Source: Azolla caroliniana (lineage: Eukaryota; Plantae; Polypodiophyta). From it: DNA of 64,000 bases. The stretch covers positions 12,214,001 through 12,278,000 of the forward strand of contig JBHGNT010000017.1 in assembly GCA_043228905.1 (NCBI GenBank). The letters run 5' to 3'. Each line of letters starts with the position of its first letter. Position 1 is the first letter of the stretch. The position numbers and the translations under genes were made by a program. This document shows, piece by piece, positions 51,199 through 64,000 of the stretch. The notes beneath the pieces were generated by a model, which saw only the letters and a list, made by a program, of their open reading frames with translations, ran no database searches and was not told where the DNA came from.

Positions 51199-52177
51199 AC
51201 AACTTCCCATAGAATCGGCCAAGTGATGCCTCAATAAAGGGAAGGGTGGCATACTCAATATCATATGTAAAAGGTCCATGAGGTGAGCATGTGCAATGAG
51301 GGCAAACACGCTCGACTTGATGTACAAGAATAATTATTATTGTAAGAGATGGCTCAAGAGAGGAGAGAGTGGGAGATACGTCGCAATATACAAAACGGCC
51401 ATGAGTTGAGTGTGTGCGATTAGTGCAAACACGCTCGGTCCGATGCACAATAATAATTAAAATTGTAGCATGGTAGAAAGAAGAAATAAAAGAAAAGAAA
51501 ACATAATACAAATTTGATTTGACCAAGAAGAACACATCATAGAAAAGGAGAGAGAGATCCAGAAAGAAGAATATTGGGTTAAGAATGTTGTTTTGATCCT
51601 GTGAAGAGCACGACGAGCCTTGTTAGATCCCCATCGCTCACACGCAAAAAACATCAAAACAACAAAAGAAAATTGTTAGTAAAGGCTTTGATAGCACTAT
51701 TAAGAGTCTATTACTAATCAATAGACCAAAATAAAGTAAAAAGAAGGACAATAGATTGGATAGAAGAACCCGTTCCACCCGACCACCCCCGAGCTATGAT
51801 CTAGACATAGCCATCAATACCACCGACGTCCCATACCGTCGGATATTAGGATGACTAATACCTTGGAAGAGATAAACATGATCATCGAGACGAAATCATA
51901 AACTGCACCACTGGTGTCTAAGACAACAACCTTCTAACGTAATGTACCTATGAGGGTAGCTAAGCCTCATATTTATACCTTTTTCTAGGCCCCTTGAATA
52001 GATGTGCCTTTCTAAATGGCTCTCCATTCATTGGTTGTCCAAATCATAATAGTGCATGCACCTATCATTCCTTTTATCCAATCACATTAGTCCCCTTTTT
52101 AACATTAGTGAACATACCCTTCACTTATGTAAATATTAGTGACCTACCCTCACCTACGTTATGTGTACATAACAAAA

Positions 52178-53180
52178 TGGTATTAGAGTGATAAGATTGA
52201 GAACCTCTGCTACCGAAAAGCGACCTTTGCGGGCAAACCCAAACACCCGGTAAAGAACAAGAGAGAGAGAATAGACTGAGGAATGGCTAGCTCGCTCCCG
52301 ATGAAGAAGCTCAATAGGTCCAACTATGCATCTTGGTCGTACAAGATGCACTAGTACCTACTCGGGAATGGCTATTGGATTTATGTCGACTTGGGAACAA
52401 GTGGCATGTAGGGTAATGTACTGCTTTGCATCCAATGTCAGTGATCAGCTGCTCAGACATATCCGGGATGCCAAGTTGCCAAAGGAAGCTTGGGGAGACC
52501 TAAAAAAGGTCTTTGCCGCAACCACCATGGCCCAGAAGTTGCAACTCTCACAGGAGTTGAGCAATGTCTGACAAAAGGACATGTTGGTTACCGACTACAT
52601 GGCCTGTATCAAAGACATCTATGATTCACTTGCCTCCATCAACATGACTGTTGAGGAAGATGAGATGGTACATGCCTGTCTTGGGTTCCTGGCTTCAAAT
52701 TTTGGAGCATTCCGAGCGGCGGTATGTGCAAGGGAGAATACACCCTCTTTTTTCGACTTACAGTCGATGCTCCTGGTGGAGGAGAACCACACGGGTGTGT
52801 CGACGAGCACGCACACCGACAACAAGATGTTGTGCACAGAGGCAGAGAGGCCCCATTGTCGAGGCGGATTGGCGTGCAATACATTCAACCGACAAGAGCA
52901 GAATCAGAGGCACAAAGTTGGTGCCGACAACAATTTTGGACTCTTCGGAAACTGGGGGAGTCAAGGCTGCACCGGAAACCAGCAAGGAAAAGACGACATG
53001 GAATGTTGGTACTATGGCTGGAAGGTCCACAAAGAAAACAAGTGCTGGAAGAAAAGAGCGTATTTGGACAAAGCCAGATCGAGCCGGAAAGACGCAGATA
53101 GACATAACCAATCGCACTACGCTGGAAGCTTGAAGAGAGCCGGGTCGGAATTGGCCCTCCTAATGAGGCATAAAGTGTTA
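52178..53180 (+). pseudogene. Copia 5' fragment (degenerate iMet PBS plus gag)
   Basis: TGGTATTAGAG, then KKLNRSNYASWSYKMH and PSFFDLQSMLLVEE; same family as 33910-46894. Confidence 0.85.
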
Positions 53181-53346
53181 TGAAGATGCTCTGGCTCTTC
53201 TTTGTGCACAGTAGATCGTGATGTGTTGGATCGTTTAGTGTGCTCAAGACAGAAAAAGAAGGGAGGAGGCGACTTACCTCTGTAGCAACCCAAAAGCTTC
53301 TATTTCATTACACGCAGTGAAACCTCTCTCATCAATTTTCTATTTT

Positions 53347-53393
<47 letters not shown>

Positions 53394-53941
53394 ACTTACT
53401 TTTTTACCTAAGTTATAAGTGACTTACATATGTAGCTAATTAGATGTGAGTAGCTAATTAGCTGTAGATAGCTAAATAGTTGTTTTGCCTATATGTCCAC
53501 TAGTAGCTAATTTTCCTAATGGCTACTATCGAAAATCTTATTTCCCAATAAGCATCACATGCTTTTTTGGAGCTTGTTTCTTAACACTCCCCCTCAAGCT
53601 CAACTTATCCTTTCTTGAGGTCATCTTCTTTTCTTCATGCTTTTCAACTATCATACCAATGCTTATAATTCCCATCATGTCCCGAAACTGTGTATGTTTT
53701 TCTATGCTCAATCCCTTCATAATAATATCATTCACTTGCTGATTTGTGCTTACATACAACAGATCCACTTCTCCATCAATCACTTTTTCTCTAACAAAGT
53801 GATAATGCACTTCAATGTGCTTTGTTCTCGCATTGAACACTGGGTTTTTTGCGAGTTGAATGTTGCTCATATTGTCACACCAAATTGTTACTGCACTATT
53901 TATATACTCACCCAAATCAACAAGAAATCTTCTAATCCATA
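53181..53941 (-). mobile_element. Copia 3' remnant (RNase H, PPT, LTR 53181-53586)
   Basis: IWCDNMSNIQLAKNPVFNARTKHIEVHYHF; CTCCCCCT next to the LTR. Confidence 0.85.
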
Positions 53942-54021
53942 TGTAAATAAAATGAGGAGCAAGAGTACCTGAGATGCAACGGAAGGACTGTGTGTGTGTG
54001 TGTGTATGCACGTAAGGCAAA

Positions 54022-54063
<42 letters not shown>

Positions 54064-57000
54064 AGACAAAGATAAAAGACTGTATATTACATTAACCAAA
54101 AAATACTTCCAACAGTAACTAAGTTACAAGGGGTTGGTTTAAATACCAACTAAACTAGGGCAAGTACCCTTTCTACTATTTACAAAACTAGCCTGGTATG
54201 ACCATGAGCTAGTGTGAAACCTGTTACTATGGGAAGTTGAGTTCGACTCTCAACACGCCCCTTCGAACACAACTTCCATTTGTCGAAAAGTTGTTTCGGT
54301 TCTGTCTTCGGAATCTGGCTTCCAATATTCGTAATCCTCGAACTGGACTGTTCAACTTTTCGGCTTCGTGCTCGTGTTGTGTACTTATGTATCGTTGCAT
54401 GTTGCGTACTCGATCAATTGCGTATAGTGCGCGTGTCGCTCACAGTACTCCCCCTCAAGCTCTGCAATGTGGATGTCGTGAGACCAACATCCAATGCGAA
54501 TTGCTCGACCTTGTGGACTCCTAAGGCCTTTGTAAAGATATCAACAATCTGGAGGTGTGTACTGATATGTTGCGGATCGATATCTCTAGCATGTACGCGC
54601 TCGCAGATGAAGTGGTAGTGCACTTCGATGTGTTTAGTCTGTGTGTGGAAGATGGGGTTCCGAGCGAGGTAGATACTGCTCATGTTGTCGCAGAAGAGCC
54701 GAATTGGATTTGTAATGGGAACGCCCAGATCCTTTAGTATGCACTTGAGCCATATGGCTTCGCATGCGGTGATTGTCGTGCCCCTGTATTCGGCTTCTGT
54801 GCTCAACAATGCGATTGTTGACTACTTCTTACTGCTCCAGGACATCACTCCGTTGTTGAGGGAGAAGATGAAACCGGATGTGGATCATCGATCTGCTTTG
54901 TATCCTGCCCAGTCTGCGTTTGTGTATCCTTCGAGTTGAATGGTCGTATTGGACTTATACATAACGCCATAATCCATCATACTATTGACATATTGGATTA
55001 TCCTCTTAGCGCAATCGAGGTGAAGGTTTCGCGGATTCTGCATGCATTGGCTAAGTAGGCCGACCGAATAACTGAGATCGGGTCACGTAATGGTGAAATA
55101 GATTAAGCTGCTCGATCAGTTGATGATACTGAGTTGACTCGCACACGGATGTGCTAGAATTAGCATCCATCTTGAGATTATGATCGAGAGGGGTGGACAC
55201 AGGTTTGCATTCAATCATTCCGAACTTGTAGAGCAAGTTGAGAACATAGTGTCGTTGAGAGATCATTATTCCGGCTGGTGTTCGAATTACTTCAATGCCT
55301 AGGAAGTAATGGAGCTCATGCAGGCCTTTCATTTCGAATATGTCGGAGGGAAGTGATTTGACATTGTTAATCTCGACGAGATCCTTTCCTCCGATGACCA
55401 AATCATCCATGTAAAGAATGATGGCAATCGGGCTCTCTGACTCGTGTCGGATGTACAAGGAAGTATCAAATTTTGACATTCGAAATCCGATCTGATGAAG
55501 ATACTACGTGATCTTCGAGTGCCACGCACAGGGTGCTTGTTTGAGGCCGTATAATGGTTTCTTGAGGCGGCACATGGTGTGCGGATGACTACCGATTCTA
55601 ATCCGGGTGGTTGAATTATATATACTTCCTCTTCTAATTCTCCTTGTAGGAAGGTGTTTTTCACATCCATATGGTGGAGGTGCCACCCTTTTGCTGCTAC
55701 AAGAGCAATTACGGTCCGCACTGTGGTCATCTTTGCCACTAGGGCAAAGGTCTCTTCGTAGTCTACGTCGTGCGTTTGTGCGTATCCTTTTGCAACAAGC
55801 CATTTTTTGAAGCGATTTACGGAGCCGTCGGCATTATATTTCACTTTGTAGATCCATCAACAACCAATTGCTTTCTTTTACGGCGTGTGAGGGAGGAGAT
55901 CCCATGTCTCGTTTTTGCATAACGCTTCCATTTCCTCATTGATCACATCGACCCATCGCGGATCCTTTACAGCTTCAGAAAGCATATCCGGCTCCCATAC
56001 TGACGCCACCTTCATCATGAAGCTGTAATGGTACGCCATATAATCGTTGTAGCCGAAACGGTGTCGTGTTGTTACGCGCGTGGGTGTAGAAGGGGCGGGA
56101 CCACGGGGGTCTTGGACTAGGGAGTAGAGGATAAGGAATAAGACACATAATGGAAGCTTCGCTCAAGAGGAGAAGAGAAAGAATAACACAATAACATAGA
56201 ATAGACGAAGGCAAGATACTCAACAAGTTAGTTTAAGGAATAAGACACATAATGGAAGCTTCGCTCAAGAGGAGAAGAGAAAGAATAACACAATAACATA
56301 GAATAGACGAAGGCAAGATACTCAACAAGTTAGTTTAAGGAAACATAAACGCTTTGCAATGGTGGCCGCCATGGCCGCACCAAAACGACTATGAGAAAAA
56401 CCCTAGAAGAATAAGCAAGTAGCGAAGTATAGTAAAACCCTAAAGGAAACCCAAGAAGAAAACCTTAACCGAAACCCTAAAACCGAATAGGAAACCCTCG
56501 ACCTAAGTGGTATGCCTCTCTCCCTCAAAATAGGCAACCCTTCATAAGTGACCCCTCCCTTCCTTTTATAGCCCAAGGAGGGAGGGACCTTACAATGTGG
56601 GATAAAATTTCCCCTCTTATTTCTATACACCATTTCCTAGTATACATGTGCACATGTTGCACACCATCGACTTGCCCATTCCACCCCAATTTCATAGTAT
56701 AGTCGGAAATCTTCACGACAACGGCTTCTGGGGTTCTTTGTGTCAGTCAATCGGCAGAGATTCTCGTTTGTGGATACTAAGGATTTCTTTGCTCCATCTG
56801 TCTGGATGATTGGGATGTCAAGGCCTTCGAACTCATTGTCAAGGGAGTGAGTTGACGCCTTGTCGATTGGATCTTCGTATTCTGACATCTTGGCCTTCCC
56901 TTTGTCGAGTTTCGGACTCGGTCCAAATGTGCTTAGGTCACTCGGGGGCTCCCGTGGTCCACTAAGTCGTGTCGTAATCAGCCTTTCTTCGAGCACGAGT

Positions 57001-57310
57001 GTGAGCCGATCTTCGTCTTCTATCTCCATTTCGTTGAGTAGAGTCAGAGTTGAAGTTGTTTCTGGTGCGTACCAAGATGTAGACTCTTCAAAGACTACGT
57101 CTCGACTTGTTCGAGCTTTTCGGGTAGATGGGTTGTAACATTTGTACCCCTTCTGTTCGAGTGAGTATCCTGCAAGGATACATTTCTCTACCTTCGGGTC
57201 GAGCTTTTGTCGTGTATCGTCGGGAATATGTATGTAGGCGATAGAGCCAAAAATGCGGACATGTGCTAGGTCCAACTTCTTTCCAAAGAACTTCTCATGA
57301 GTTACGTCGT
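53942..57310 (-). mobile_element. Copia 3' half (LTR 53942-54255, RH, RT, end of INT), 5' part deleted
   Basis: DVKNTFLQG, ILYMDDL, KHIEVHYHF, IFGSIAYIHIPD. Confidence 0.9.
56062..56720. mobile_element. Solo LTR (same family as 45904-46680) with 4-bp TSD ACGG and an internal 102-bp duplication
   Basis: ACGG at 56058-56061 and 56721-56724; shares GGCGGGACCACGGGGGTCTTGGACTAGGG; duplication at 56132-56341. Confidence 0.9.
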
Positions 57311-60300
57311 GCACGCACCCAGTCTACGTATTGGGTTATCCACCCGTTTACGCACCCAATGTTGAGCTTGTCTCTCAACACTCCCTCTCAAGCTCAACTT
57401 GAGGTTCCGCGTGCTCCTCCGAATCTTCGCTCTAGCTTCTCCTGGCTTCATGCCTCGCTCGTGCTCCTCGACCCGTCCGATTCCACGCACCTCGACCCTT
57501 TCGGTCGTCTTGTTTGCTCATGTAGCCCTTCTCATCTTCCTTGTTGTCGTGGTGTTGGCACCTGTTTCCCTGCCCTTTTTTTCGCTTGGCCCTCAGTCAA
57601 TTCGTAATGTCTGAATCGAACATTTCGATTGAATCAGTCACTCTCGATTCATTTCCGCTTACCTTCGAATTGGTGTTCTCCAATTTGTCTTCTGTCTTGA
57701 GGCCCTTGACAACATCTGACCACATCTTGGTCTCGGCCTTATCTACCCCTTGTTCGGTTGTCTTTGGCTCTTCCATGCGGTTATGACCCTTGCTTACTTC
57801 TTCGGCTTCATGAGTCGGCCCAAAATCAACCTCTTCATCTGATTCGGCATCGCGATCACTACTACTCCTTTCATGCTCCTGTTCCTAATATCTCCCCCTC
57901 AAGTTTAGTGTGTCGAGGTGACGCAAACCCATCTCACTTGAGAAATGCCGCAACTTGTCGAGACCAAGACGCTTGGTGAAGATGTCGGCAATCTGTCGAT
58001 CTGTCGTAACATATGCTAGTTTGACATCACCCGAAAGGACACGCTCGCAGAAAAAATGGTAGTGCACCTCAATATGCTTGGTCCGGGCGTGGAATACAGG
58101 GTTTTTCGCAAGGTAGATATTGTTGAGGTTGTCGCAATAGATCATCGTCGGATCTGACACCTCTACATGCAAATCCCATAATAGTCGTTTCAGCCAAATG
58201 ACTTCGCACGTAGCAATAGTCGCCCCTCGATATTCGGCCTCCGTGCTCGGCAGTGCCACTATCGGTTGCTTCTTACTGCTCCACACGATCGCCGCACTCC
58301 CTAATGAGAATGCGTATCCGGATGTGGATCTACAATTGTGGGCATTTCCGGCCCAATCGGCATCCGTGTAGCCAACTAATTGTTCAGCTACGCCCGCCCG
58401 ATACAGCAACACCATGTCCTTAATGCCGCTGACATATTGCAATATCCTTTGCGTGCACTGAAAGTGTTCGGCCGTGGGCTGTGACATAAATTGATTGATC
58501 AAATCGATCGGGTAATTGAGATCCGGCCGAGTGATCGTCAAGTTGATTAGGCTTCCGACAAGCTATCGGAACCGTGTTGGGTCGCATGCTTTTCTTGAAT
58601 CTCGGGGAAGCTTTATGTTTCTGCCCAGAGGGGTCAAGATGGGATTACAATCTACCATCCCGAACTTGAAGAGCATATTCACCGCGTAATGACATTGCCT
58701 GATCAATATGCCTTCGGGGGAACGGATCACTTTGATCCCGATGAAGTAATGAAGGTCGCCTAGATCCTTCATGTCAAATGATGTTGCAAGCTTAGACTTC
58801 ACGCGGCAGGTTTCTTCCAGGTTGGCACCGACAATGACTAAACTGTCCATGTTTACCTTGCCAAACAAATAATGAAGATTCTAACTTGGACGTCGTGAAC
58901 CCCATCGTACGTAACCGTTGCGTAATCTTCGTGTTCCAAGCTCACGGGGCTTTCTTAAGTTTGTATAAAGACTTCTTTAATCGGCAAACTATCGAAGCGT
59001 TCTGTTCGGATAGAAATCCAAGGGGTTGTACCACGTACACATGTTCCTCAAGATCGCAAGTTGCAGGAATGCATTTTTTACATCCATCTGATGTAAGTGC
59101 CACCCCTTTGCCGTTGCTACGACTAGCAAAACACGCATAGTGGTCATCTTCACGATCGGCGCGAAGGTCTCGTCGTAATCCACACCATGCTTCTACGCGT
59201 AGCCTTTTGCCAGTAATCGGGCCTTGTAGTGGTTGATAGAGCTGTCGGTGTTGTACTTGACCTTATACACCCATCAACATCCAATCGGCTTCACACCCTT
59301 CAATGCGTCAACCAGGTCCCAAGTCTCGTTGTCCAATAACGTGCGCATCTCTTCCTCCATCGCGGCACGCCAATTTGCGTCTTGCACCACTTCTGCATAG
59401 CTCTCCGGCTCATGCACTTCCGCCACTCGCATCATGTATTCATAATGGTGAGCCATGTACGCATTATACCCATATCTCTTTACGAGGTTCTTTCGGCGGG
59501 TAGATCAGCGTAATTCGTGATTAGCCGATTTCGCGGCCCTCTCGGCCGACTTTGACTTCCTCCGCGAAGGTTCCTTCTCGATTGGCCCGAAGTCAGATTT
59601 GCTCCGATCTAACTCGTCACTGCCAAAATCATACTCCGACATTCTCTTCTTCCCTTTCTCTTTACGCGTAAACCGTCTCCTCGGTTCTTTACGCGGGGAC
59701 AACATGGTTGAGTCTCCACTACTCGCCGGTTCTTCAAAAGGTCGGCCATCTCGGCTCAACCCCTCATTCGGCCCACTAAGCCGAAATGAGATCGGACTCT
59801 CTCTAAGAGCTCCGGTATCCTCATCACGCAAAGGCATCTCAGCCTTGCTAACATCTGCATCAGAATTCGGAATGGAGTCGTTAGGGGTTGGAGTTGAAGG
59901 CAAGTACCACGATGCGGACTTGTCGAATGCGACGTCACGACTTATGCGAGCTTGTTTGGTTCGGGGGTTATAACCCTTCTATTCGTTCGAGTAGCCAACC
60001 AAGATGCACTTTTCGACTTTGGCGTCCAACTTCCTCCGTTTCTCCTTTGGCACATGCACACACGCAATGCTATAGAAAATCCTCAAGTGTGTCAAGTTGG
60101 GCTTCTTTCCGAAATACAACTCATGTGGCGACACTCCTCCATTAGTAGAGGTCTGATTCTAGAAGTAAATAGCCGTTCTTATGGCTTCAGCCCAATAAAA
60201 CTTCGGCATATGCTTCTCTTCAAGCATTGCCTTGGCAGCTTCTTCAATTGTCCGATTCTTCTGCTCAGCTACGTCGTTCTGCTCCAACGTATATCTACAC

Positions 60301-62692
60301 GAGAATTCGCATCGAATTCCCTCCTTTTGTAGATAACTTGTGAACTGGTCGGAGAAGTACTCTTTCCCGCCATCGGACCGTAGGCACTTGATCTTACGCC
60401 CTATTTCCCTTTCCGCAAGGCTCTTCACCTTCAGGAACCACGTGAAGACTTCACTCTTTTTCGTGATCAAGCACGCCCAGGTGTGCCGAGTGAACTCGTC
60501 GATGAAGGTTACGAAATAACGGCTTCCATTGAGACTCACATTCTGTGCTGGTTCCCACACATCCGAATGGATTAAGCCGAGCAGATTTCGACTCCGATTA
60601 CACTCATTTGGGAACGGAAGTCGGTGTTGCTTCCCTAGTTGGCAGGCTTTGTAGACTTGGCCATCTCGGCCACAAAATTTTGGCAACCCGAAAACAATGT
60701 TCTTCGTCTGCATTTCATGAAGTCGTGGGAAGTTATTGTGGCCGAACCGCTTGTGCCATAGGTCGATATCCGATTCAACTTTCTGTCCTTTCACAAACAA
60801 CGCGGTTCCGGCTTGGTTGGTGTCGAGGATGAACATCCTCCCTTCATGGCGCCCTTGCACGATAACTTGGCCTTCCTCTTCGATGTAGCACCCGAGGTGC
60901 GTGAATCGAACTTGCATCCCCTAGTCGACAATCTGTCCGACCAACACCAAGTTCTTGGTTATTGTCGGAACGTGCATCACCTTCATGAGTTTCCCTTTCT
61001 ACCTGACGTGGCTGAGGGGAACTTCGCCAACATGTTCTATGGTATTCGGAGTATCGTCTCCCGTTTCGACCACTCCTTGTTTTTCCGGTTTCTCCAAGTA
61101 TGAGAACCATTCCTCATGACTCGTCATATGATTTGACACTCCGGAATCAACATACCACACCTCGCTCAATTTCGAGGTGTTCACATCCATCAAATTGGCC
61201 TTGTGCTTCATTACGAAGGCTGGGCCCGATCAATTTCTAGCTCGTTCAGAGCCCTCGGTGTAGTGCAATTTCTGATGCCTTCCTGCATCTCTTCTGCTCA
61301 ATCCAGCTTTGTCCGTATCAGTTGTTTTTTTCTAGCACTCGCTCTCTCTGTGGCCTTTCTTGCCACAGTACCAGCAATCTGTCGTGGCCTTCTCTTGCCG
61401 GCTTCCGGCGCCGCTATAACTCTCCTTGCTTCTAGAGGGTTCAAAATTGCTTCCGGCACTTCGATTATGCCGCACGTTCTACTCCTTTCGGCCGCCTCCA
61501 TTGCATGCCGATCCGCCTCGTCTGCCACGACTATGGGACCTATCTTCCTTCGTGTACAACATCCTACCATCGGCGTGCGTACTCGTCGACGCACCCGCAT
61601 GATTTTCCTCCACGAGCAACATTGATTGAAGCTCGAAGAACGAAGGCGTATTCTCCCTTGTGCAGACTACCGTTCTGAGTGCTCCGAACTTTGACATTAA
61701 CCCTCCAAGACAAACCTGCACCATTTCGTCCTCCTCAACGTTCACGTTGAAGGAGGTGAGAAAGTTACGTATCTCCTTTATTCGGGCCGTGTAGTCGGCC
61801 ACAGATAGATCTTTCTGTAAGACATTGTTGAGCTCCTACTTGAGTTGCAACTTCCTGACCGTTGTGCTAGTAGCGAAAATCCTCTTGAGATTCGCCCACG
61901 CGTCCTTTGGCGTCTTAGCATCCCGAATGTAGCTCAAGAGCTGGTCGCTCACACATGACACGAAGAAGTAAAGAACTCTGCTTGTTGCTTGTTCCCAAGC
62001 CGAAAAAAATCTTTGTGTGTCAATTCGGGCGCGGTATCATTAGCTCCTTCGACATAACTCCAATAGCCGTGACCAAGCAGGTACTGGTGCATCTTGTACA
62101 ACCAAGACGCGTAGTTGCTCCTGTCGAGCTTCTTAGTCAGTAGCGAGCTTCCCATTTCTCTGTCCATATTGTTGTCTTATCCTTTCCGAAAACAATAACT
62201 TAACTCTATCTTTATCGCCAAGCTTATTTGTCGGCTGTAGAGGAGTCTCAACCCTCGCGCTGTGATACCATGTAAAAGAATACGTGTGCAGAAGCGTATG
62301 CATAAGACACTGAGTACACAGTTCGAAAATATGACAGTTCGGAACAATGCAGAAATCACAGAGAAGGAGAGGGAGAAACAGAGAGAGAAGAAACAAAAGT
62401 ATATTAAAAAATAATTCTCTGTATGTTCTCTGTTCATACTTCGTGCTCAATGAGCAACTTTTATACAAGCCCCGACTATTGGGCTGACACAAGTACTGGC
62501 AAGTACTTGATTGCTCATAAATGAGCCTTCTACACTAACTCCTAAAACTATTCCTTACGAGGAATAACGTTCTAAGGGCCTCTCGGTTTATGCACCACTA
62601 CGGCCATGTTGTGCGTACGGTTTTACGCACCCAGTCTACGTACTGGGTTACGCACTTGTTTACGCACCCAATGTTGAGCTTGTCTCTCAACA
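57311..62692 (-). mobile_element. Near-complete pseudogenised Copia element (5' LTR 62271-62692; 3' LTR remnant to 57380)
   Basis: PBS TGGTATCACAGC at 62259-62270; gag, WYVDSGVSNHMT, INT, RT and RH (YTDADWAG) all recognisable. Confidence 0.95.
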
Positions 62693-63559
62693 AATATAAA
62701 TGAGGCTCAGAAAATACAAAAGCAAAATGAATGCTTGAAATTTTGATTGGAAGAACTTTACCAAGAAAGCATCTCACGTCTTTACCCCTCCAAACATATG
62801 AGATGTGATTCGAGATCCGATAACTATGGTAACACTATGGTGTTTTAAAAACCGTGGGGGAAAACATATCTAAGATGTCTTTCTTAGATCTATATCTTGA
62901 ATAATCATGGCGGCTCCCCGAGGCTCAACCATGGTTCTAACATCAATGTAGTTTCCTAGTTAGCCTTATATTAGAATGCCAACCCAACATGTATTGACAA
63001 GCAAGTGCGCTCGCAAGTAATATTCTAGTCTTGCGAGTAACAAGCAAATGTTATGAAAAAAACGATAAAATAAGGCACTACCCATTAGAGGCAAGTAGTG
63101 ACGAAAACATGGGTCGAAAAACCCATGTGCTACCTACTAAAAAAATGTCACAAATAAATGGATGGTGCGAGGTATGCACATATACATCCAAATATGGTGG
63201 TTGTAATTTGCACAATTGTGACATAAGCCACAAATTGATACAAATGGTGGTGGTGTTGTGCACACTCAACTCTATGAGTAGAACATCAATAGGGGAACTC
63301 ATGTGGTTGTACTCGAGTTCTAAGGCTCGATAATATAAGTTAAACCTAGATGACCCATTGGAAAAAGCGTTCAAAAAAACCGTCATGATGCCTACTCAAT
63401 ACGAAAAAATAGTTTACATGAAATTGTTACATCATAGGTAAACGCACAGAAATACTTTAAACATGAAAAGTAAGGGTAATAAAAAAGAGAGTGAAGTGTG
63501 TGTGGGTAAATGACAATCACAAGCAAATCTAAAGAAAGCAAAGACTGCAACATGATTAG

Positions 63560-63820
63560 GAGTGAGCGACCATGTGTGGTCCTCTTTGAGAACTGGAACG
63601 TGGACGACCATGTGCGGTCCTCATCAAAAACATGAATGGGCGTGAGCGACCATGCGGCCCTCATCGAGAACTGGAACACGAACAAGCATGAGCGACCATG
63701 CAGCCCTCACTGAGAACTGAACACGAACGGGCGTGAGCGACCATGCGACCCTCACCGAGAATTGGAACACGAACGAACGTGAGCGACATGCGGCCCTCAC
63801 CGAATACTGGAACAGGAACG
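63560..63820. repeat. Tandem repeat of ~40-45 bp units
   Basis: GAGCGACCATGCGGCCCTCA..GAGAACTGGAACACG repeated about six times. Confidence 0.85.
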
Positions 63821-64000
63821 TGGAGTCTGCCACTCTACCATAGTTTTGACCTTAGCTGGGTCCATGGAGATGCCTTCCGAGGAAATGACATAGCCCAGAA
63901 ATTCCACTGGTTGCACCCAAAACTACATTTTTCCAGCTTTGCATAAAGACCATGTTCTCGAAGTCGTTTTAGTACTAACAATACATGAGAATCATGCTCT
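63815..64000 (-). pseudogene. Chromovirus-type RT fragment (runs off the window)
   Basis: VLKRLREHGLYAKLEKCSF...VEFLGYVISSEGISMDPAKVKTMVEWQTPRS. Confidence 0.85.

Noticed and set aside
51200-52170. Possible further LTR element (GCTTTGATAGCA PBS-like at ~51685)
   Set aside because: Too degraded to delimit
62800-63400. Short ORFs, possible host exons or transposase
   Set aside because: No recognisable domain or splice structure
63560-63820. CRISPR-like array
   Set aside because: No unique spacers, degenerate units, eukaryotic context, no cas genes

Overview
Eukaryotic land-plant DNA; the retroelement types suggest a non-seed plant such as a fern (inference). One intact host gene: a two-exon F-box/Kelch gene resembling Arabidopsis At1g55270/SAGL1 (8031-9541, minus strand). 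Nearly everything else is nested, mostly decayed retrotransposons. A LINE is split by a ~30 kb non-chromovirus Ty3/Gypsy element (family A, 18044-48393). Family A hosts a solo Copia LTR, a young Gypsy element with near-identical LTRs (family C, 24852-32005), a Copia element, a chimeric insert and a LINE tail. Main finding: family A has no polypurine tract. At the PPT position it carries a copy of a tRNA-Arg 3' end (a second, opposite-strand PBS), conserved in two diverged copies, which suggests tRNA-primed plus-strand synthesis. Also notable: antisense tRNA-like Pol III promoters inside the LTRs of two unrelated families, 4-bp ACG(G/C) target duplications, and an insert with two unrelated LTR ends sharing one TSD. 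All calls are by eye; tRNA and protein assignments are from recall, not database searches.
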